A stretch of 64,000 nucleotides of DNA, taken from NCBI GenBank assembly GCA_030688545.1, contig JAUYHT010000006.1:267035-331034 (forward strand), read 5' to 3'. The DNA comes from Candidatus Iainarchaeum sp. GTDB lineage: Archaea > Iainarchaeota > Iainarchaeia > Iainarchaeales > VGJJ01. Made by a program: the position numbers and the translations under genes. Of this stretch, positions 46,691-55,281 are shown piece by piece (the first letter of the stretch is position 1; the number at the start of each line of letters is the position of its first letter). The notes under the pieces are model-generated. The model saw nothing but the letters and a program-made list of their open reading frames with translations, was not told where the DNA came from and did not search any database.

Positions 46691-47454
46691 GGCGCTTCCT
46701 CCTCAGAGGAAATAGGGATGAGGGGGTTCGTTTCCTGTATCCATCCCGCCGTCGTCTCATCGATGACCATGATATTGCGTATCGTCGTCTGGAATTTCTC
46801 TTTTCCCTCGGCCAGATTCACTAATTTCTTCCGTTTCATCGTGCCGGGCACTATTTCCTCCACTTTCGCCACTTCCCCGACGTGGGTCCCCCCAATGATA
46901 AACACGCGACTCCCTTTCTGTAGGGGGAGATGTTCCCCCATCACGTGTCCGTCTTTCATCTGGACAATAACCGAATCGTCCACTTTCATGAGAACGTCAT
47001 TATTCGGCGAATAGACATACCCATCCTGCGTCTGGACAAGGATTTTGTTCCCTTTCACCCTAGTTTTTCTAACGATTTTCACTGGCTTCTGGCCCGCTCG
47101 ATCAGCCGGGGTTTCACGGGTCATTAACCTCCCTTTCCCGTCCAGGAGGAGGGTGTATTGCTTCTTCACGGTGGGGATGGAAATGATGTCAAACAACCCC
47201 ACGGGATACCGATATTCCTTCCGGGGGATAGTGTCCACGTGGATGTTTCCCGCGGATATAATTTGGCGGGCCTCCCGGAGCGTGCGGGCTATTTTCAGCA
47301 GATCGCGCACCACGAATCCCAGGGGCACGCTGGTTTCCCGGGTATATCCTCCCGAATTCTGTCGGATGGCCCACACGTGTCTCTTCCTCTGGAGATGACG
47401 GATGGGGGCGACGGCGAGGCGCTTCTGTTTGGTGGGGTTTCCTTTCTTAGCCAT
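46687..47454 (-). CDS. rps4e: 30S ribosomal protein S4e (eS4)
   Basis: KQKRLAVAP...KOW-like domain. Confidence 0.85.
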   Translation of the reverse strand: MAKKGNPTKQKRLAVAPIRHLQRKRHVWAIRQNSGGYTRETSVPLGFVVRDLLKIARTLREARQIISAGNIHVDTIPRKEYRYPVGLFDIISIPTVKKQYTLLLDGKGRLMTRETPADRAGQKPVKIVRKTRVKGNKILVQTQDGYVYSPNNDVLMKVDDSVIVQMKDGHVMGEHLPLQKGSRVFIIGGTHVGEVAKVEEIVPGTMKRKKLVNLAEGKEKFQTTIRNIMVIDETTAGWIQETNPLIPISSEEEAP

Positions 47455-47461
47455 ATTTTCT

Positions 47462-47947
47462 TCACTCCCTTTTTCCTTCCGTGATCAGGGGATTCGGTAT
47501 CATCGTCCTGCTCTCATCCTTATTTGGAACGGAGGGTTTTTCCTTCTTGTTTATGGAAGAAATTCCTTTCCCTTTGGTTTCCGTCGCTGGGGCTTTTCCT
47601 CGCTTGGCATGGGAGAGGCGACGTTTATCCTTCCCATCCATCCCGGTAACAAGGAGATTACTAGGTTTGAATCCAACGAAGGCCTCTTTCCCATCGGTCT
47701 TCTTGTGAGTGAATCCCTGCAAAAACACCTTGTTCCTTTTGGAGTCAACCTGCGTCACATTCCCTGTTTTTCCTTTGTAGTCCCCGCGCGCCACCTTCAC
47801 CGTGTCGCCCACTCGAAGGGGGAGGGCGCGCGTCTTATGCTTCTGCCTCAGTTCCTTGGAGAGGGGGGCGGCCATCATACGGTGGTGCGTGCGTTGGTCG
47901 GCCTCATACCAGATTAGGCGTTGTTTGCGGGGGTTGATCGATGCCAT
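47462..47947 (-). CDS. rpl24: 50S ribosomal protein L24 (uL24) with K-rich C-terminal extension
   Basis: RVGDTVKVARGDYKGKTGNV KOW motif. Confidence 0.85.
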   Translation of the reverse strand: MASINPRKQRLIWYEADQRTHHRMMAAPLSKELRQKHKTRALPLRVGDTVKVARGDYKGKTGNVTQVDSKRNKVFLQGFTHKKTDGKEAFVGFKPSNLLVTGMDGKDKRRLSHAKRGKAPATETKGKGISSINKKEKPSVPNKDESRTMIPNPLITEGKRE

Positions 47948-47957
47948 GTTGCTTCAC

Positions 47958-48356
47958 CTACACGATTCCTGCTGAGATTCCAGCTATTTTGGGGTAGCGT
48001 TCCCCCACTTCCTTGGCCACAACCCCCTTGATCTCGGAGGCTTTGGGCAACCCTTTGTCGTCTACGAGAACAACGGCATTATCTTCAAACTTGATCCGCG
48101 TGCCATCCGGGCGGCGGCATTCTTTTTTTGTCCGCACGATCACCGCGCGTTCAACCTTGCTGCGAATCTGGGGTTTACCCGTTTTCACCACTACATTAAC
48201 TAAATCCCCTAATCCTGCCGATGGCTGCATACGTTTACGGGCAGTGTGGCGGAACACCGATATGATCTCCACCTCTTTCGCTCCCGAGTTGTCGGTGCAG
48301 ATGCATCGGGATTTCTTGGTTAATCCTTTGGTGATGGAGGCGCTCAGGGCTTTCAT
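47958..48356 (-). CDS. rpl14: 50S ribosomal protein L14 (uL14)
   Basis: CTDNSGAKEVEII. Confidence 0.9.
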   Translation of the reverse strand: MKALSASITKGLTKKSRCICTDNSGAKEVEIISVFRHTARKRMQPSAGLGDLVNVVVKTGKPQIRSKVERAVIVRTKKECRRPDGTRIKFEDNAVVLVDDKGLPKASEIKGVVAKEVGERYPKIAGISAGIV

Positions 48357-48751
48357 TCTTTTTCCTCCGGCTTTTCCTTTTCCATTTGCTTAGCGCGCAC
48401 GTGCATCCCTTCCGTCATATCCTCATGGATGATTTCCCCGCGCGTGTGACCTATAATCTCGGTGACCAGGAAATTCTTGGTCTTGCTGATCTTCCGCGTT
48501 TCACCTATGCGAACGATATCATTCTCCTTGGCGTTGATCCATTCTGGATTGTGGGCGTGGATCTTGGATTTGACCTTCTTGTACCGTTCAAACTTCCGGC
48601 TGTAGGCCACGGATTCCCTCAATATGGTAACGGTTTGGGGGGTCTTAGCCGCGATCACGCGCCCTACGAATTCGCTTCCGCGGACACGCAGATTGGCGGC
48701 CTTGCCGGTTCGCAGGGGACTCTTTTTCTTAGGCATCAGCGGTTCCCCCAT
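48353..48751 (-). CDS. rps17: 30S ribosomal protein S17 (uS17) with short extensions
   Basis: VGRVIAAKTPQTVTILRE...NDIVRIGETRKISKTKNF. Confidence 0.85.
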   Translation of the reverse strand: MGEPLMPKKKSPLRTGKAANLRVRGSEFVGRVIAAKTPQTVTILRESVAYSRKFERYKKVKSKIHAHNPEWINAKENDIVRIGETRKISKTKNFLVTEIIGHTRGEIIHEDMTEGMHVRAKQMEKEKPEEKE

Positions 48752-49032
48752 AGTGCTTTCAATCGTCCCACCGGGGAATACAATAGGTTTTTCCCTTCCA
48801 GTATCACCTGTTCATCTCCCAGGTTGAAGGCAAATATGCTTTCATTCTTGGGAACCATTTTGATCCCTTTCTCCGTTTCCACAGTGAACGTGCGTTGGGT
48901 TTCGTCCACGATTTTCCCTTCTATCTTCCCTTTATTCGGGTCGCGGCTGGTGACCACATGAACGTTTATTCCAATGAGTTCGTGGACCGGAAGGCGTTCC
49001 GGGGTGATGATGTATTTTTTCCCTTTAATCAT
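48736..49032 (-). CDS. rnp1: RNase P protein component 1 (Rpp29/Pop4)
   Basis: HELIGINVHVVTSRDPNKGKIEGKIVDETQRTFTV Sm-like fold signature; canonical position. Confidence 0.85.
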   Translation of the reverse strand: MIKGKKYIITPERLPVHELIGINVHVVTSRDPNKGKIEGKIVDETQRTFTVETEKGIKMVPKNESIFAFNLGDEQVILEGKNLLYSPVGRLKALWGNR

Positions 49033-49324
49033 ATATTGAACTCTCCTTGAATCCTTCTGCTAGCAATACCTTTTTCACTTCTTTCCTATGGTTCCCCTGC
49101 AATTCGATGCGGGTCTTGTCCAATGTTCCCCCGCACGCGAGTTTGCTTTTGAGCACTTTCACCATTTCCTTGGCGACCTCGGGTTCCAAACCTTCCACAA
49201 TAGTAATGTATTTCCGGAACCGGCGTTGTTCCAGACGGATGGTTATTTTTTGGCTTTCCTTGGCGATTTGTCCGCAGACACAGATGTTTTTGGGCAATCC
49301 GCACGTGGCACATATGCTTTCCAT
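49025..49324 (-). CDS. translation initiation factor aSUI1 (eIF1 homolog)
   Basis: N-terminal zinc ribbon CATCGLPKNICVCG plus SUI1 domain. Confidence 0.85.
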   Translation of the reverse strand: MESICATCGLPKNICVCGQIAKESQKITIRLEQRRFRKYITIVEGLEPEVAKEMVKVLKSKLACGGTLDKTRIELQGNHRKEVKKVLLAEGFKESSIYD

Positions 49325-49326
49325 GC

Positions 49327-49557
49327 TCAGGTCTTCACCTCGTTCCCCGAAGACGGGGTTTTCATCCCCTTCTCCTTCTGGATGGTTAGTATTCGCGCAA
49401 TCTGCACCCGGATGGTGCGGGCTTTCCCGGGGTTCTCCGGGCGCGTGTTGGTTGACTTAACCGCCTGTTCCTTGGCGAGGGCGTTGCGCAGCTCCTTCAA
49501 TTTGAGAGCCGCCTCATCCTTCCCCATGGCGCGGAGGTCATTGAGGCGCTTATTCAT
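49327..49557 (-). CDS. rpl29: 50S ribosomal protein L29 (uL29)
   Basis: PENPGKARTIRVQIARILTIQKEK. Confidence 0.85.
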   Translation of the reverse strand: MNKRLNDLRAMGKDEAALKLKELRNALAKEQAVKSTNTRPENPGKARTIRVQIARILTIQKEKGMKTPSSGNEVKT

Positions 49558-50585
49558 GCCGCATCCTCCTTTTTCTCTTCCGGCGTATGAGTTTCCTCGA
49601 TGGTCTTGGGTGGAATAGGGGGTTCCGTAGTTTCAGGAGTTGGGGTGCTCACATCAACGTCCGCAATAGCAGGGGTCGTTTTCTCTTCAGAGGGGGGTGG
49701 TTCACTTATGATGGAAATATTTTGGTTCGTCACGGACTCTTTTTCTCCCGTTTCCTCGGTTGGGGGTTGAGATGGGGAATTGTCTTTCTTCTTTCGGGGC
49801 TTGCGGGCTTTGGTTTCCACCTTGGGGTTTGGTGATGGAAGGGCCTGTGATTCCGCCACTCCTTTTATCGGAACGGATTCATTTTCAGGAGTGGGAGAGG
49901 TGGTTTCCGGGGTAGGCGTGTCTTCCCCTTGTGGAGGGGTTTCCACAGATGTTCCTTCGGGGGCGGCGGCAAGGGTTTTCCGCGCGGCAAGGAGCGGACG
50001 AATGTCCACTTTGTCAGGAAAATAGGTTCCAGGGGCGATGATGCGAACCGTCAGTCCGATGGCACCAACCTTGGGATACATGGTGACTTTGGCTTCGTCC
50101 ACACGGAAGCGTTGTTCGCCCACTTTTTTCATGTAGCCCTTGGCAAATCGTACTTGTCGTTTCCGTCCTCCTTTCCCAGCCAGCTTTCCGGATAAAACGA
50201 TTTCCACTCCCTCGGCGCCCGCGCGTTCAATATCCGAGAGGGTGCGGAAAGCAACACTTCTCCAGGTGAATCCGCGTTCGATGGAGTTCTTCACGCGATC
50301 CGCCACACTCTTGGCGTCCAGATCGGGGTTGGCGATTTCCCGTATTTCAAGCTGGGGGTTGTCTACTCCATAATTCTTCTGGATGGCATCGGTGAGGGAG
50401 CGGATGTTCTGTCCCCCTTTTCCTATTGCTAATCCCGGTCGCGAGACATTTACGATGATGCGAGTTACCAAGGGTGTTTTCACCATCTCAAAACCCGTGA
50501 ACCCGGCGCGGCCGAGCTCGCTCTTGAGGTACTGGTGGAGTTGCACCTTCTTCAGTCCCTGTTTGACGAATGTCTTTTCGATCAT
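49554..50585 (-). CDS. rps3: 30S ribosomal protein S3 (uS3) with ~135-aa P/T/E-rich C-terminal tail
   Basis: KH domain (IGKGGQNIRSLTDAI) plus S3 C-domain; residues ~210-343 are low-complexity. Confidence 0.85.
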   Translation of the reverse strand: MIEKTFVKQGLKKVQLHQYLKSELGRAGFTGFEMVKTPLVTRIIVNVSRPGLAIGKGGQNIRSLTDAIQKNYGVDNPQLEIREIANPDLDAKSVADRVKNSIERGFTWRSVAFRTLSDIERAGAEGVEIVLSGKLAGKGGRKRQVRFAKGYMKKVGEQRFRVDEAKVTMYPKVGAIGLTVRIIAPGTYFPDKVDIRPLLAARKTLAAAPEGTSVETPPQGEDTPTPETTSPTPENESVPIKGVAESQALPSPNPKVETKARKPRKKKDNSPSQPPTEETGEKESVTNQNISIISEPPPSEEKTTPAIADVDVSTPTPETTEPPIPPKTIEETHTPEEKKEDAA

Positions 50586-51058
50586 GCCTTCACCTCGGCC
50601 ACCACGATTTCAATATGCGTGCTTTTTTCCTTTCGGTTCTTTCCTGAAATCCGTCCTTGGGATTGGCTGGACTGCCTCCGGAACCCGATGCACGCCGTAG
50701 CATGGATGATTTTCAACTTGTCGCGATCCAATCCCTTCACGTCCGCATTATGCCGGACGCTCCCTAAGAGTTTCAGCCAGGCCATACTGGCCCTCACCGG
50801 ATACCGCCCCCCTTTCGTCCCCTCCATGGCATTCCCTTTCCGGTGGGGGACTTTTTTGTGGTAGATATGTAGAGGCAAGGGGGTCTGCTGTTCCGCCACC
50901 CGGTCCAAGAGCTGCAGGGCATTCCCGATCATTCTCCCCTTGATGGTTCGGCTGATCTCGAGGCTGTATTTCATGCTGATGGGAACGTTCGTGGAATAGG
51001 CCCGGGCCATGCGGGTGGGGTCGTAGGTTCCAGCATAGTTGTAGGTGCGTTTGGTCAT
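50582..51058 (-). CDS. rpl22: 50S ribosomal protein L22 (uL22)
   Basis: start at MTKRTYNY. Confidence 0.85.
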   Translation of the reverse strand: MTKRTYNYAGTYDPTRMARAYSTNVPISMKYSLEISRTIKGRMIGNALQLLDRVAEQQTPLPLHIYHKKVPHRKGNAMEGTKGGRYPVRASMAWLKLLGSVRHNADVKGLDRDKLKIIHATACIGFRRQSSQSQGRISGKNRKEKSTHIEIVVAEVKA

Positions 51059-51068
51059 TGTTTCTTCC

Positions 51069-51467
51069 TCACTTCGATACCGCCGAGCTGGATTTCGTGG
51101 AACCCAACCCTGCCTTTCCATGGGTGATTCGTTTGCGTGTCAGGACATATTCCCCGAGGCGATGGCCCACCATCTCGGGTTGGATCTCGACGATGTCGAA
51201 TGCATTTCCCTTGTGCACGGCAAACTTCAACCCTACCATCTGGGGGAGGATGACAAATTGTCTTTGGTGCGTCCGCAATGGTTTGATGGGGGGTTTCCCT
51301 TGCAGGGTCAATTCCCGTGCTTTCATTATTTTTTTGACGAACAGTTGGTCCATTCCCCGGGTAATTGAGCGTCGCGCACGGGATGGCACGATTTTGGCAA
51401 ATTCGTCGATGGGCATCGCCTGCATCTCTTCAACGGTTTTTCCTCGGTATAGTATCTCTTTGGCCAT
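51069..51467 (-). CDS. rps19: 30S ribosomal protein S19 (uS19)
   Basis: MAKEILYRGKTVEEMQAMPIDEF; trimmed start. Confidence 0.85.
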   Translation of the reverse strand: MAKEILYRGKTVEEMQAMPIDEFAKIVPSRARRSITRGMDQLFVKKIMKARELTLQGKPPIKPLRTHQRQFVILPQMVGLKFAVHKGNAFDIVEIQPEMVGHRLGEYVLTRKRITHGKAGLGSTKSSSAVSK

Positions 51468-51483
51468 AAGTGTGCGTTCACCT

Positions 51484-52209
51484 TCAGTTCTTCTTTCTCC
51501 GTCCCGTCCGTCTGGATGCAATGGCCCCCACTTTTCGTCCGGCCGGCGCTCCGCGAGCCGTCGACTTGGACTTCCCCGGGTGGTGCTGGCTTCCCCCGAA
51601 GGGATGGGCATTTGGATTCATGGCGACTCCGCGGACGATGGCGTGTCGCTTTCGCTTGGCCTTACGCTCATGGTGTTTCTTCCCCGCTTTCATAAATGGT
51701 TTTTCGGTTCGGGTGGCGCAGGACACCATGCCAATGGTCGCTCGGGCATCCGGATGCACGTGGATGGTTTTCCCACTGGGGAGTTTCACGAGCACGTGTT
51801 TGGCTTCCTTCGTCACAACGACGGCATACCCCCCCGACCCCCTCACCAGTTTTCCCCCATCGCCAGGGCGTATCTCCACATTGCAGATAGGGGCCCCTTC
51901 CGGAACGAAGCGGAGGGGGAGGATGTTGCCTATTTCCACTCCCGCGTCTTTCCCGTATTCGATTCGCTGTCCCTGCATCAGCCCTTCAGGGGCAATGATA
52001 TAAGTTTGAATGCGACCGGGTAATAGTATTTCTCCCAGCACCGCAGTTTTAGTGGGATCGTCCACGAGATCCATAACTTGTCCCACTACCTTTCCGGTGC
52101 GCTGGTCGTCAGTGTAAGGAACATACCGCACCCCCGCAACCCCATGGAAGCTGGCGCGAAAGGTGGTGCCGCCTTTCCCGCGGCGCTGGTGAATGAGGCG
52201 CTTCCCCAT
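51484..52209 (-). CDS. rpl2: 50S ribosomal protein L2 (uL2)
   Basis: GGGSQHHPG-type C-terminus, GRNAHG-like motifs. Confidence 0.9.
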   Translation of the reverse strand: MGKRLIHQRRGKGGTTFRASFHGVAGVRYVPYTDDQRTGKVVGQVMDLVDDPTKTAVLGEILLPGRIQTYIIAPEGLMQGQRIEYGKDAGVEIGNILPLRFVPEGAPICNVEIRPGDGGKLVRGSGGYAVVVTKEAKHVLVKLPSGKTIHVHPDARATIGMVSCATRTEKPFMKAGKKHHERKAKRKRHAIVRGVAMNPNAHPFGGSQHHPGKSKSTARGAPAGRKVGAIASRRTGRRKKN

Positions 52210-52210
52210 A

Positions 52211-52603
52211 TCAGATGACCCCCAGCTTGGCCGCGAGTTCTTCGGCCTTGTTTTTTTTGTCGAGTTTCACGGTAACTTTTTTCCGACCCTTCATGTCATT
52301 AACCACATTCACTTTTTCCACCCGCACCCCATATACTTTTTCAATGAGCTTCTTCACGTCAGTACGCGTGGCTTTTTGGTGGGCAACAAAGGAAATTTTG
52401 TTCTCTTTTTCGATGAGCGTAATGGCTTTTTCCGTCATGAGGGGGTATTTCAAATAACCAAAATCTTCCAGTTCGAAAGCGAATCCTTTCGCGGGGGTGG
52501 GAACCTTGGCCTTGGCCTCGGGTGGCGCCTTCTTGGCTTCCTGGGCGTGGGCCTTCATCTTTTCTTCCTGTTTGGCGTCCAGGACAGCGGCGCGGTCGAC
52601 CAT
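52211..52603 (-). CDS. rpl23: 50S ribosomal protein L23 (uL23) with A/K/E-rich N-terminal extension
   Basis: LKYPLMTEKAITLIEKENKISFVA core. Confidence 0.8.
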   Translation of the reverse strand: MVDRAAVLDAKQEEKMKAHAQEAKKAPPEAKAKVPTPAKGFAFELEDFGYLKYPLMTEKAITLIEKENKISFVAHQKATRTDVKKLIEKVYGVRVEKVNVVNDMKGRKKVTVKLDKKNKAEELAAKLGVI

Positions 52604-52604
52604 G

Positions 52605-53417
52605 TCAAGCCCCTCCTTGCTTGGTCATCAAACCCGCGAGGGCGCTTTCAGTCCAGATGGTTAGTCTTCCCGCATGGGTTCCAGGGGCCAAATGCGCGGC
52701 GTTGAGCGTGCGCATCGACACCACGTCCACTCCCGCTAGATTGCGGGCGGCGCGGGCGATTTTGGGTTGGCCTTCCACAACAATGAGGATGGATTTCTTC
52801 TGCTTGTAGGGTTTTCCCCGGTTTTTCATCTTGCCTGCGCGGTTTTTCCTCTGTTTCTTGGCATGGGTGACATCCTCCAGCACATGAAGGGCTTGTAACG
52901 CCTCCCTCACATCCTTGGTTTTGGTCAATGCTTCAAATGAATGGTCCACGAGGAGGGGAAAAATGTTTTCATCAAACCGGTGGCCGCGGCGCTTGACCAT
53001 ATCCCTATTCACCGATGCCGCGATGGCGCTCGCAATGGCTTTCTTTCGTTCCTTGGCGTTGATGTATTCTTCCCGCTTGGCCTCCACTTTAGGAGGGTGG
53101 GCCATGGGTCCCCCACGGGCTTGTGGTACGGAGGCCACCTTTCCATAGAGGATGCCTCGCCGGTTGCGCATGCGGGGCAGGCGGGCGCGGCCCACATTGA
53201 TCGTGCGGTACATCGTGGGTTTTCCCCGCACCCCAATGTATTCCGCGGTATTGTTTCGTCCCGAACCCGGTTTCTTTCCCATGGGTTGTAACCGCGAGGA
53301 TTCCACCGCCAGAACGGCGCGCTTGATGAGGTGCGGCCAGTAGGGGGTGTGAAAAACGGCTGGGAGTTCCAGGTCCTTAGCCTTCTCTCCCTTGTTGGAA
53401 TAGAGCGCGGGCATCAC
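52605..53417 (-). CDS. rpl4: 50S ribosomal protein L4 (uL4)
   Basis: archaeal L4/L1e family. Confidence 0.85.
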   Translation of the reverse strand: MMPALYSNKGEKAKDLELPAVFHTPYWPHLIKRAVLAVESSRLQPMGKKPGSGRNNTAEYIGVRGKPTMYRTINVGRARLPRMRNRRGILYGKVASVPQARGGPMAHPPKVEAKREEYINAKERKKAIASAIAASVNRDMVKRRGHRFDENIFPLLVDHSFEALTKTKDVREALQALHVLEDVTHAKKQRKNRAGKMKNRGKPYKQKKSILIVVEGQPKIARAARNLAGVDVVSMRTLNAAHLAPGTHAGRLTIWTESALAGLMTKQGGA

Positions 53418-54451
53418 ACGGCCCCCGCAGTAGAGGAGGTAATCGTGATGTTCCCTATCCGATAATCATTCCGGGGTTGGGGCCGAACACACGTGCGCAG
53501 TCCGATCAACCGTTTCACGGGTCCGGGAACGCTTCCCGCGAGGAGCATGTATTCATTCTGGATAACCCCATAATGCATGAATCCTGACTTGGGGTTTATT
53601 TTTTTGGCATCGTCTGATATTGTGAGGATGCGTTTGTTGAATTCGGTGCGGTTATGATACCCCAATTGTCCCGGTCGGGCCACGGTGAACATGACTGTTT
53701 TTGGTCGGAGCGGGGAAATGCTTCCCACCGCCCGGATGTATTTGGCTTTTGGTCGGAATGTTTTAACCCCAAACCGAGCTACCACCCCTCCGAATCCGAA
53801 TCCGCGGGTCACCGCTCGGACATCCACGTCCTCATTCGCCTCGAATATTTCGCTGACGGCGATGGTTTTCCCCATCTTTTCCTTGGCGTAGGCCAGTTGT
53901 TCCTCCACCGTTCCGGATAGGGCTACCTCGGCGATCTCGGCCTTCTTCTTTCCGAATCCCACTTTTTCGGGGTGGGTGTGCACGAGTAGTCGGAGGCAGT
54001 GGAGGGCCTCCTTTTGGGTGTCCAATTGTTCAAAAGTGAGTTTTTCTCTAGAAACCGTTTTTTTTTCTGTGTTCCGTTTGTGCGGATATTTTTTCTTGAA
54101 TGAGGGGATGCGTTTCTGCGCCCCCTTTTCCAGCTTATCAACCGTTAGTTCGCCGTGCGCATGGAGGCCATACGCATTCTTGGTGTAGGCACGGACCCCC
54201 CACACCTGTAGGGGAGGGCATTCGATCACCGTGGTGGGAATCTGAATGTCCATGTTCTGTCGTCTTCCTTTGGGATGCTGGCTCTGCGCGAGGACATGGA
54301 CCATCCCCGCTTTGTAGCCGAAAAAGTTGAGTGGCTTAGTGGGCCCTTCTCCTATTGGAAAGGAGCGGAAGCTCGGCGTTTGTTTGCGTGCACGGACGCG
54401 GGGGCGGTAGGCGATGCTCCCCTTCCTTGGGTTGTGCCGGGCTCGGACCAT
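53414..54451 (-). CDS. rpl3: 50S ribosomal protein L3 (uL3)
   Basis: MVRARHNPRKGSIAYRPRVRA N-terminus; ORF extension to 54577 trimmed. Confidence 0.85.
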   Translation of the reverse strand: MVRARHNPRKGSIAYRPRVRARKQTPSFRSFPIGEGPTKPLNFFGYKAGMVHVLAQSQHPKGRRQNMDIQIPTTVIECPPLQVWGVRAYTKNAYGLHAHGELTVDKLEKGAQKRIPSFKKKYPHKRNTEKKTVSREKLTFEQLDTQKEALHCLRLLVHTHPEKVGFGKKKAEIAEVALSGTVEEQLAYAKEKMGKTIAVSEIFEANEDVDVRAVTRGFGFGGVVARFGVKTFRPKAKYIRAVGSISPLRPKTVMFTVARPGQLGYHNRTEFNKRILTISDDAKKINPKSGFMHYGVIQNEYMLLAGSVPGPVKRLIGLRTCVRPQPRNDYRIGNITITSSTAGAV

Positions 54452-54577
54452 GGGATATCTCTCTATGGATTGGACGCGGAAAATACACCCTAAAAACAGC
54501 CTTTGCAGGCGGTATTTACCCCCTTTTGGGAGGGGGCAGTGTACCTTCCCCGATACCCAATTCCCCTTGGCAATCAT

Positions 54578-54585
54578 TTATATAG
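54578..54585. promoter_or_regulatory. palindromic TATA element between divergent rpl3 operon and 54665 gene
   Basis: cattTATATAgg. Confidence 0.25.
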
Positions 54586-54664
54586 GTGATGGCCAAGGAC
54601 CCATTCCGTATCTCTCCAGGCGTGGGCCAAACAAATAAATAGCGTCCCCCCTCCTGGGGAGGGC

Positions 54665-55210
54665 ATGCCTACCCGAAATGCGTTCAAACGGTTCGTTCAA
54701 AAGATGAGACATAGACGAATCTTGGGTGAAATATTGGATGAAAATAGAGGAAGACGCCCGACCGATATCCCATCCGAAGAGTTGATGCGCATCGGAGGAG
54801 CTACATCAAGGAGCCGAAAAAGGCCAGCTGAAGTTGCCGTCGGCCGATCAATGGCTGACTTTAAACAATGGATCGAAAAGATCGCAATCTATGAAACAGG
54901 AAAGGCAATCGCAATTGAAAAAGGGACGAAAATAGTTAGAAAAGGTGCACAAAAAAAATTGAACAAATCCCGCCCACGCGGAAAGCGCTCGCCCTACAAA
55001 CTGACGGGTTTGGGAAACTCAGATGCCCGCGCAACATTGAAATGGAACCAAGAAATTAGGAAACGATTGGCAGACATGTCTATTTTCCGGAGTCCCGAAG
55101 CCGGCCGGTTTTTGGCGGAACGAGCGATGGCCGAGCAATGGGAACGCTTGCCGGACGCCCGAAAAAAAGAAATGCTCGCATGGATGAAAAAGAACGGGCG
55201 CGCTAAATAG
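54665..55210 (+). CDS. hypothetical basic protein
   Basis: 181-aa K/R-rich ORF divergent from the r-protein operon; no family recognised. Confidence 0.4.
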   Translation: MPTRNAFKRFVQKMRHRRILGEILDENRGRRPTDIPSEELMRIGGATSRSRKRPAEVAVGRSMADFKQWIEKIAIYETGKAIAIEKGTKIVRKGAQKKLNKSRPRGKRSPYKLTGLGNSDARATLKWNQEIRKRLADMSIFRSPEAGRFLAERAMAEQWERLPDARKKEMLAWMKKNGRAK

Positions 55211-55281
55211 CCCGGCTATTTCATTATTTTTTCCCGAGTCCCCCAAAAGGGACAATGGAATGATCCACACGAAACCCGCGT

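Noticed and set aside
45953-47014. 353-aa plus-strand ORF, with similar long plus ORFs at 51058-52023 and 55459-55947
   Set aside because: Antisense to conserved ribosomal-protein or envelope genes. These are typical long shadows in GC-rich coding DNA.
54451-54577. N-terminal 42-aa extension of the L3 ORF
   Set aside because: Archaeal uL3 starts near MxxxHxPRxGS. The extension is not homologous and probably lies in the 5' UTR.
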